Source of the DNA: Antedon mediterranea
Taxonomy: Eukaryota > Animalia > Echinodermata
DNA: 64,000 bases
NCBI RefSeq assembly: GCF_964355755.1
Contig: NC_092674.1
Span: 26,040,001 to 26,104,000 of the forward strand
Direction of reading: 5' to 3'
Positions 1 to 10,500 of this stretch are shown one piece after another; the stretch's first letter is position 1, and every line of letters starts with the position of its first letter. The notes beneath the pieces were generated by a model. It saw only the letters and a list, made by a program, of their open reading frames with translations. It did not search any database and had not been told where the DNA came from. A program made the position numbers and the translations under genes.

Positions 1-3000
1 CGGACGGCCTACCGAAACTGTTCCTTTTAGCTGTAAAAAAGAAAAATACATATCAATGATAATTAACAAAGAGTTGTCCGACGGTCAACGCCTCAAATGA
101 GACTCGAGCTCTGTCTACACTATCAAATTTTATGACAAAAAATGTGATGTGTGATGCACATCACACTTTTTTTGTCAAACTAATTTGATAGTTTAGACAG
201 AGCTTTAGTGTCATTTCTTTTTTTAGCAGTTGTACAGTATACTAACATCCCATGATAATTGATCTTCAGGCAAATCAAATACTTTTTGTTAATTAATTAA
301 TTATCTTAATTATTTGCATTTTGCCAAGTACTATATTTCAATTATTTTTGTGTGCTTTGTTTACTGATGAAAGCAGATTTACGTACCTCTAGAGACTTCA
401 TCTAACTTTGCTTGTAAGGATTTCTTAGCCGATTCCATTTCTCTACTTGGATTATCGAAATCTTTGCGAACCCATTTTTCAGGACTTAGTAGTCGCTGTT
501 CAGGTGTCGGTACCTTTACAGGAGACATATATAACCTACAAAATTTGAAAAAAAAAATATTAGGTAATATCATTTCTCTGAAATCTCACTCTCTTATTTC
601 ATAAGGTAATTAGATTTTTTTTTTCCAAATTATATGAAAAATACTGATTTAAACATTTTAACTACAGTACAGTACAATACTGCTCAATAAATTGTACATT
701 TTGACCTTTACATGTACATACATAAATACATAAACAAGTAAATAATTGTTTGTATCATCTATGTTAGTTGCAATGTATAGATAATTTATGTTGATACATA
801 CAGTACTGTACAATCACTAATTGTTAAATACTATATTACAACAGAGAATATCATATTACATTGATCTAGGTGTTCACTGCCTTTAAGGCAACCATATTGT
901 GTCACTCTTTGAATAACGCAAGTTTATCGTTTAAAGTGACAATCTAGTACAATGTCATCTATGAAAATATGACAAACTCTGAAACCACTTAGTCCTATGA
1001 CAGAGGTCTTTAATATCATGAATTTTAAAGCTCTGACTACACTATCAAACTTAGTTTGACAAAAAAAGTATGATTTTCCCAAATATGGTAGTGATATGCT
1101 TAAATATGGTAGTGATATGCTTAAATATGGTAGTTACAGATGACATCATCATGTCCATATATGGGCACATCACATTTTTTTTGTTACATAAAGTTTTATA
1201 GTGTAGACAGAGCTTAAAACAAACTGAACACCCAATAATACATCTTATAAAATAGTACAACTACAATCATCCAACCATTGAATGAAATGTGGGCAGGAAG
1301 GTATGTGATAGAATATGGCCTACTGTACCAGTATGGTGGCCTCAAAATACCTAAACAAAAACTATAAAATGAACGTACAAATTATCTTATACCTTTTTAT
1401 ATATACCTAGTATTGTATTTAAATTTAACTTACTATATAAGTAGTATAAATAGTATAGTGTAGTATTAGTAATGCATACATAAACAACCTGACCTATATT
1501 TAACCAATTGACACGGTACAATCCCTTTAATAATGTCAGCTATTGACAATTTGCGACAAGACAACATTAATTAAAAGGATGACTGAATGCTAAAGATTCT
1601 CAGTTATCTCATCATTCTGCTCCTGTGTTAATACACACTTAATAAAATATGCTTTTTTACTACTTTTCAGAATTTTAAGATTATTTGAATCTTTTTGATT
1701 AAGGACACTTTGGCATCAGTGTTGTTAGTTATAATTATCAAAATCAAAACTATTTTGTTTTACCTGGGCCACAGAAATGGGAGCTAATATAAAAAATAGT
1801 ATAGTAGCTTTTGCTAGGCCATCAACTCCATATGTGGCTCATCAACAGTAGCCATGATCAGCTGATGCTAGAGCATTTTGAATGTCCTATCATTCATGCA
1901 CTACGGGTACAGTATCTTCAGATCCATGGAGTTATGCTTTCGTATCGCAAGCAATGTCATATCATAATTAGCGTCGTAACAGCAAAGTGTTCAGATTTGC
2001 CTAGCTAACACTTTCGTTTCAAACTAATTGTCACCGATTTGGGTGAACATCTGGTATGCAGGAGTAAATTTGATTGGTTACAGGTCCACTAATCTTGTAC
2101 CTTGAGCTGTCGTAACGAACGAAAGAGTAGTGTCATACGAGGTGGCTTCCACTAAACTTTTCCTGGTTCAGACCTATGGAGTTGTACGCTGCGTACAATA
2201 CGAAAGCATAACTCCGTAGGTCTGAACAGGCCCTTAGTCTACAGTATCAATCAATCTCTTTTATTCATCTCATAAAAAAACAATACACATAACAAAAAAG
2301 GAGTAAATTCAAAACAAATTTAAAGATGAAAGGGAAGAAACCCCAAGGGGCTTGTGATATGAGGCCCACTAAAAAACTACAGTAGTTACATTAAGATAAA
2401 TAAATTAAATAAAAAGCATGCATAGACGAATAGATCATGCCATGTAATAATTAAGCAATCATATCTGTATTTCTTACTGTACAAATTTAGGGTTAACATA
2501 ATACATACAACATACTGTAGTTTTGCTAAAGACCAGTATTCATGCATACTGGTTAGTTGAAATAACCTATCATTATTTAAATACCTTTAAATAATCCTAA
2601 AAATGTGTATAATCATTTCTACAACCTTATTGTAGTTTCTGCTAGGCCCGTCAACTCCAGATGTGCCTCATCAATAGCCTTCAGGGCTGACGTGCCATTG
2701 GCCCATTTTAAATGTCCCATATCGTTCATGCCTAGCTTAATATCACTTGTTCGTCGTTCCAGCTTGCGAATCTTCTTCCTAATCTCCTCAACTTCGGATT
2801 TAACGCATTCGTTAACGATACACTGAATAGCAGACTGAAAAAGTCCTGAAAAATCATCCTGGATAAATTTTGTCATCACGGTCATCAGTTTGACCAGAAG
2901 ATTGTCCATCTTCTCGGCGTCCGAATCAAATATTTTTGCCAGTTCACCTCGAACGATCCAGGTCAGTTCCTCGGTGTTGGTCAAATTGTTACAGCATTGA

Positions 3001-6000
3001 CCATTACACGTGCAAATCGTGTGGTCTGTCTTGGTAACAGGCATCGGGAAAGTTTTAAATCGAAAACAAAATATTATCACTTCAAATGAATATAACTTGT
3101 TGCATTTACAAAAGTTAATGTTTTTATTTCAAAGGGTGTCAAATTCTTAGAACTAATCACAGGAAATCAACAATTTAAAATGTCAACTTGGCCCAAGTCA
3201 ATTTGAGATTTTAAAAATGCAGTGACCAAATCAGCCAATGAGCTAAGCCGTCAACAACACACGGATGAGGTTGGAATTCATCGGGTCAGTTGATAATCAC
3301 CAGTGCAAAGATTGTCGTTAGTGTTTAATGAAGCGTGAAACGAAATGTAACCGATCATGAAAGTGAATCCGAGTTTTTACAGGAAGCGGTTATTGTTTGA
3401 AATCTATGTGGTAGAAACGATTACGTCGTCCTGTTCGTATTAATCAATCCAGTTGCATCGTTGATGTCATCAACTTTGTGGTTGTGGTGCCAAGTTCAGT
3501 CTACTCCACTTATTGCTCAAATTAGTATGTAAAAATTGGGAATTTTGCCATTTATATACGATCAGTGCTTGATCAAAAATTCTTTCGAACTTGCACACTG
3601 TAAAGCTCTGTCTACACTATAAAAAAAGTTTGACAAAAAAAGTTTGATGTGTCTAAATATGGTAGTGATATTCCCAAATATGGTAGTGATATGACATCAT
3701 CATATATGGGCACATCACATTTTTTTGTCACATAAAGTTTGATAGTGTAGACAAGGCTTACTGTGTACGTGGTTGTAAACTACCAGCCACCATGCACAGT
3801 AACTGACATACTGTATGTTAAGGCAATGATTCCTCGAACTGTCATTATTAAAACGATAATAAATACAATAGATGTACAGTATTGTTACCAGGTACAGATC
3901 TTGTTATTATTCTCATTTTCAACAACCATTGTTAATGATAGGAACTGCATTGTGTACACAAAGCAATAACAGTAAGTAAAACTCCTATTAAGGGGACAAC
4001 TTGAGACCAGTCAAAAGTGTCCACTTTAACAGCACTGGGTGTCCAATCAATTGGTTGAACATAGCGCTCATGGACGAGGTTCTGTTTCATGGATAAGTGT
4101 TCATTTAACAGGGGTGTCCGTTGAATAAGGGTGTCCTAAAGGAGGTGTTCTACTGCATACAAAATCGACACTACACTGCACTTAAATGTGGCAAGGTGGT
4201 TTTCTTGGATATTAGGACAATACAATATCATTATCATCAAATGAAAAGTTACTGTATATCATTTACTGGATTTTAATAGAAAATTGTGAAACATGCTAAT
4301 TTTTTTTTAATTGTTTCTATAGAAATATTGTACAGTAGTCACACACATTCATAAAATAAAATTCCTGCGATTCAATCAATTGTTTATAGTTTTTAAATGA
4401 TGGGCAAACACACAGATATTAAACCTGTGTTACCTAAAGCATTATACGAGAACAATACAGAAGCTAGGCTTGATTGGGTTTCCAGGGGTAACAGCTGATG
4501 GTAAACAAAAGAAATCTCCTTGGGTACAAAAATGGATAAAATACATGTGTAGGCCTACTGTACAACATTCCTTAAAACAATATTGCATAAAAACTATGTC
4601 TATTTTTGTTTCAAGTTATTTAATAAATATTACCAATACTGTATAATAAAATGTCAATTAAAATGTCATTAATGAGATACTGTAGAACCAAACAAAGTGT
4701 CCCTTTAATAGGGGTACTCTATCTCCTGAATATAGAGATTAACTCTTGTATAAAAACATTGTCCATGTTAGTTCCACAGGAAAATGTCCCTTCATTAGGG
4801 GTGTCCCACATAGAGGTCCTACATTTAATAATATCATAATAATATAAACGGTTTTCATAATTATAAGATACTGTATATTTAAAATTCATAAATTATCAAA
4901 TTAGATTCAAGCTAGGCTACATGGGTTTTGAATTAGGCATAAACAGAAAACCTACCAGTATTTATCTAATGTTGACATAACAGAGGAAAACCAATTATGT
5001 ACTAATCCACATAGATAGAATACTGGACAACACATGTGCTGGCAGGGGATACAATTAATGACAAATATGTCAATCTGCATAATTTCCAATTAAATTATAT
5101 GGCAGTCATTTAAACATCTAAACAGCTTGACATATTTCAGTATTTCAAATATTAGATGTTATGATGTTATTAAACTCTGTCTACACTATCAAACTAGTGT
5201 GTTTGAAAACAAAAAAAAGTGATGTGCCCAAATATGGTAGTGATATAACCAAATATGGTAGTGATATGACATCATAATGTTCATATATAGGCACACATTT
5301 TTTTGTTACATAAAATTTGATAGTGTAGACTACAGTAGGTAGGCTATTCAATTAAAGACTCTTTCAACTGTGGTTGAATTACTGTAGATCCCAAAACAAA
5401 TGCTAAAGTAACTCTGTGATAAAACTATGAAACCGGTGCATATTAAAAAGGGGCGGATCCAGAATGTTGGGAGGGGCTGGACAGGTGCAAATAAGGGTAC
5501 AGTACTCTCTTCCAACAATTAAAAAGGGTGGGAGGGGCAGTTTTACTGTATCAAACATGCATAGAGTGTTACTGTATCCCTGACAATCTTTTTACATTTA
5601 TTTCAATGAATATATTAGTGATTTGAACTAGTATGTTATACTGTATGTCAGTAATATAGTAATAAGTATTATATTACTCTTTATTATTATTATTAGTATT
5701 ATTATTTAATTTAACAAGTTTTATACGTTATGATACTGTAGGTAAGTCAACAAAATATTATGATACAGTCCTTTCAAGCAGTTACATTTGCTTTATATAA
5801 TGGTAACCAGCTAACAACTTTAAAGTATTGAGAACAAATTTTAGGCCTAGACTTAATTTCAATACTAAAAGCTATGCCTAAAACTAACCAACTTGTTTAG
5901 CGTGCCTTGCCAAATAAGTTAATCATAAATGGAGTTTGTCCCAAGGCTATTCTAACATATATATACTGGTTTAACTAATTAGTTTGCCTCACCTCTACTC

Positions 6001-6608
6001 TACTACTATTAGTTGTACTGCTTTTTTAATGCCGGCCCAATATGAGACGGTATTGATTGGGCTGGTGGTAGGTATAGAATAGTACAAAAACATTGTGGTC
6101 CTTAATTAGGTTGTAATCGAACCCTGTAAAGATGAAGTATAGTTTGCCCAGAGAGAGTAGTAGGCCTGCCATAGCCTTCTTTATATAATAAATATGGATG
6201 CCAATAAATATAGGCCTAGGCTAGGCCTAGCCTATTTAATCTAAAAATAAAATGCAATTCAATAAAAACTTACCAACTATCTTCATCTTCTTCACAATCA
6301 ATAGGGTGTAAATGAAAGTCTATAGTCTTGACACTGTCCAAAGATGAATTTAAATCTACCTTTCCATTACTATTAGATGAATGTACAGGCGATCCCCCTA
6401 CAGGAGAAGAATTGTTTAGGCCTAGGCCTACGTGTGCATTTGTATCCGCATCGTTGATCAGCGAGGAGGAACCGTTTTTCCCCCGGCCAAGTTCGGGGGT
6501 CACGATAGAGTTTGCTTTACTCCTCAACAATTCGTTCTGTTTTTCGAGTTTTTTTACAAGATCCTGAAGTTTCTTGACTTCGATTTCAGGGTCAACATTA
6601 GCCCCCAT
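1..6608 (-). CDS. SLAIN: SLAIN motif-containing protein (SLAIN1/2-like), 5' part; exons 6274-6608, 387-535, <1-30; continues beyond window start
   Basis: Exon 1 [30 protein letters not shown] matches the SLAIN2 N-terminal coiled coil ([21 protein letters not shown]). TG|GTAAG at 6274 joins TAG|G at 535 to give WLYMSPVKVPTPEQRLLSPEKWVRKDFDNPSREMESAKKSLQAKLD (SLAIN WLYxSP...AKKSLxxKLD block). Donor at 386 and acceptor at 31 are phase-compatible. Confidence 0.9.
107..204. mobile_element. MITE family 1 (internally deleted copy)
   Basis: TIRs AGCTCTGTCTACACTATCAAA / TTTGATAGTTTAGACAGAGCT. Confidence 0.8.
1029..1214. mobile_element. MITE family 1, PIF/Harbinger (Tourist)-like
   Basis: ~25-bp TIRs, TAA on both flanks, internal AAATATGGTAGTGATATG repeats. 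Superfamily inferred from the 3-bp TWA duplication. Confidence 0.8.
1910..2235. mobile_element. Palindromic MITE-like remnant
   Basis: Hairpin GTTCAGACCTATGGAGTT...AACTCCGTAGGTCTGAAC at 2166-2227; related arm TTCAGATCCATGGAGTTATGCTTTCGTAT at ~1917-1945. Confidence 0.5.
2619..3044 (-). CDS. Unknown coiled-coil ORF (141 aa from ATG 3044) nested in SLAIN intron 1; possible alternative first exon
   Basis: Stop-free frame in a GC-richer island; Cys-rich start (CTCNGQCC) and heptad segment VKSEVEEIRKKIRKLERRTSDI; AG|GT at 2626/2625 has the phase needed for SLAIN exon 2. No family recognised. Confidence 0.45.
   Translation of the reverse strand: MPVTKTDHTICTCNGQCCNNLTNTEELTWIVRGELAKIFDSDAEKMDNLLVKLMTVMTKFIQDDFSGLFQSAIQCIVNECVKSEVEEIRKKIRKLERRTSDIKLGMNDMGHLKWANGTSALKAIDEAHLELTGLAETTIRL
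3604..3758. mobile_element. MITE family 1
   Basis: AGCTCTGTCTACACTAT...GATAGTGTAGACAAGGCT with the same internal repeats. Further copies at ~5174-5330, ~31827-31933, ~46918-47031, ~61553-61664, 62373-62503 (TTA/TTA flanks). Confidence 0.8.
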
Positions 6609-7581
6609 TTTCTGGTTCAAATAAATGATAGTGTCGCTCTTTTAAGAGCTAGTTGTACTTCCATAAATTTGTTATGTTGTCATTTTTCTGACTCACTCTT
6701 TTCTCTGATCCGCCTTCTCAAACTCCGCCATTGGTATAAACATAAAATGAGGGCGCTGTTTAAGTTTATGAAAAATAATTTTTTTTGCAAGCGACCAAAA
6801 CAATGAGAGCGCTATTTATTTTTAAAATTAGAGCCATATTATTATAAAAGGATCTGTTTTAGATTTAATTAATAATAATAAACTTTTTTTAAAAACTCCG
6901 AACAAGTAATGCCAACGCTCAGTTTGAAAAAAAAAACAAGACAGGTACTAATTAAAATCTACATTTCTTTGGAACTTTAATAACATAATGATGATCAAAA
7001 TTCAGAAAAGTAGAACGTTTGAACACATTTCATTATTTCTAATTTTGATAAATAAGTCTCCACCTGAATTGCGTAAAAAAAGATGTGTGCTATGCATTGC
7101 TCAATTTTTACTTTACGGTATATGGGGATAATAGATTGATTTGATTTGAACTTAGTATTATATTTTATTACTTTTAATCATTGATATAAATAAAATGTAT
7201 TGAGTTCCCGAGTGTATTTTTTCTCAAATAAATGATAAATAACTGTATGATAGAAAACCATGGCTTGATGGTGGACCATTAACATTAAAACATGGTTGTT
7301 GATCGATATTTGTTTTGGATTACTAAACACACTTAATATAAAAACATTATCATACAAAATATATTCACACATTCTACTATACTTCCTATACACATAATAT
7401 GGATGCAAATTTACATCTAAATACAAGTAAATACATTAACGAAATACTTCCAAGTTTCACTAAGCTAAACCTCAAACAAATACGTAATTCTCGTTCATTT
7501 CCATCGTCCCATCGGATAAAACGTTCACAAAGTCTTCACATATGCCTTTATTGACGCATTGTTTACTTCGTAACGCGTTGC

Positions 7582-10500
7582 TTATTTAGTTGACGTAATG
7601 TCTACTGCGTTGTTGCTTTTGTTGCCGAATCTGAAATACCGAAAAATCGCAGCAAGGAATCCAAACTCCAAAAATTCGATAATTGTTATCAAACTCATTC
7701 CACACAGTAAACCCATGTTACCACCTATTTCAGCTTTAAAGCAAACAGAACAATAATAAGGTGAGATGCAGAGTGGTCTCAAGATAGAAAATGAAATACA
7801 TAACTGTAAGTAGGCTTAATTTATATATAGAAAACTCAAAGACTTTATAAAAAGCGTCGTCATCAAACCATAGAGGGTGTTTTTAAATATTATATATCCA
7901 AACGGTAGAGGAAACTATTTCAACAAAAATATAAAATGCAAGTACTAAATACATGCTCAAATGCCTTCTCGTTCACGTAAACAACATTTTTAAAGATAAC
8001 TTATCATCTACACACCAATGGTATAAGATAATTTGTATTACTTACATAGTAACTGTAGTTTTGAAAATGTTGGAACTTCGGTGACTACTTGAAAGTTCAT
8101 TTCTTCAAAATAAATTTGCAGTTGGAGTAGATTTTCTCTGTCATAAGTGTAAAAGAATATTTTTAAAACGGTAAAATAACACGGCATCTAATGCCTACTG
8201 CATGAAGAGCTATTCTTCCGACAAGTAAGCCTACATTATAAGCTAGTTTCGATTGTCACTGATTTTGGAACACTAAGACGATTATTGTAATAATGATATG
8301 ACAAATGAAGTGTTACCTGATGTCCTCTTTCGTCGTGTACCCAGTTTTGTCGAGATAGCCTCCCAAAGCATAATTTGCTGGCCAATAGCTTGTCGAAATC
8401 CGATTGTTGTAGAACGTCTGCTCGCATGCTATTGGACAATCACACTTTGTACCGGAGTTATAGAAATTTACTATTATGGAACATAATGATACAAGATTGA
8501 AATTAATTACGACATCAACAATCTTCATTATCTGCTAAAACAGATATGCATTCATTATTACGCCATTTTATGGTATACAAATAATGAATGTTTATGAGTG
8601 TAATGGTACAAATAATGATGGCATGAGGTTAATGATGCCTAGCCTAATACTAACACTTAACAGGCCTAGGCTTACTATCTAGGTACTAGGCCTAGGCGCT
8701 TGAAAGACAGCAATAAGAAACTTCGACAGACAACTGGAATTAATCCAAGCTAATTATGTTTTTCCAACAATTCTTCCCATTGCTTAATCAAAATCCTAAA
8801 AACGATCTAAAGCTAATTTAAAGGCCTTTTTGAATGAAATTAGTTCATATATCTCCAAACGGTACAAAAAAATCTGCTGCTGCATATCCCGGGTGGTGTT
8901 GACAATCGAAACTGAGGCCAGACGTCAGGTGGTCTGTTGTATTTCACAGTAATTTGTATAATATACATTTTTTTTCATCCGCGAAACGGGTTTTTTTTTT
9001 CGTACACAAAAATGTTTTAAAAAGTACTATTAAATGATCGTTTAATAGTGCGTACTATTGCATGCTATGTGATCCACATTCGTCCAATCAAATGACAGGA
9101 ATTTATATAGGTACAGTATTATATAATATGTTATAGGCTACCTTCTTCTTCGTACGCACACCTGATTGTTTCCTCAACCGTACAATCTCGGACATCGGCT
9201 GTAAAATGTAATCAAATCCTTTATTAAGACTTTGTAAATTTAATTTTCTACTTAGTATTTCCGATCTTCATCAACATCGTCGTCGTCCACCACATAACCC
9301 ATAATGCAGAGCCATAATAATTATATATATATATGGTTCTGCCTTGATTCTTGATGCAGAAAAATAATCGTATAAAATGGACAGATTTCACCAACCCTGC
9401 ATCCTGCATAAACCTATCTCCACTCTGGATCTAAATATTACGATCGCTTACTATGACTAGATTTGATCTCGTCGCTTTGACGAGTTAGAAACTGAGTGAA
9501 GTACTTGGCAAAATATTGCTACAGAGGACGCGTGTTGGTATTTCAGCCAATGTTAAAATAATACAAATTGTTCTATTTTTCATTTGTCAAGTTATTAGTA
9601 ACCGATTTTATTGAATTTCAATAGGCATGTTCTATAAATATATAGGCCTACCTATTTACACCGAAACATTCAGAACGATAACTTGAAAAACAGCCAAAGC
9701 AAGTAGGATACTGCTGTGTAACTGGCATATTATTTTGTCAAGTAATTAGATAATGACCAGATAACTCCACAGGGCGCCATATTTAAAAGGTCAATCGGAG
9801 AAAAAATTCCATCTAGGCTAGCGCGATGATGTACCGGTAAATTACATCATCCCGCAGGCCTCGGACTTTTTGTCCCGATTGGTGGCGCCCTTTGGAGTTA
9901 TCAAAGTCGCTTATTGTACCTGACATAGTTGGGTGTTTACATCCACATATTTTAGTGATATATCTGTACTTGCATTCGTTGATGCAATTCGTCTCGGTGT
10001 AAGCTTTCGTGTATTTTAGAGCCCTGCTTGTACAGTTAGATGGGTACGGATGTGCTAGGTTAACGACCTATAAGGAAAAAGGAGTTAAATGAATGAACAA
10101 GAATTATAACGACAATTTACCATCAATATTATGTTTAGTTCACACTAGAGACGCAACACAACGACGTAACGCAACGTAAGGGATTCACAAGCGATGGATA
10201 AAGCGTGGTTCCCACTAGCGACGCAACGCAAAGACATAACGCAACGCAATTGAATTGACCAATCACAAGCGATGGCTTATTCGCTTGTGATTGCTAACTG
10301 TCTATAACTTCGCTTGTCATTGGTTAAAACGCTTGCGTTGCGTTTACGTCCTTGCGTTACGTTCTAGTGGAAACCAAGCTTTCGCTTGCGTTGCGTCTAC
10401 GTCCTTACGTTGCGTCCAAGTGAGAACCAAGCTTAATTATTGCATCAGATCATTACGTCATTGTATATCAACATCATCTTGCAAATGTATCTTCGTAAAT

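Noticed and set aside
6328-6806. Plus-strand ORFs of 79 and 124 aa
   Set aside because: Antisense shadows of SLAIN exon 1 with non-ATG starts and no recognisable motifs.
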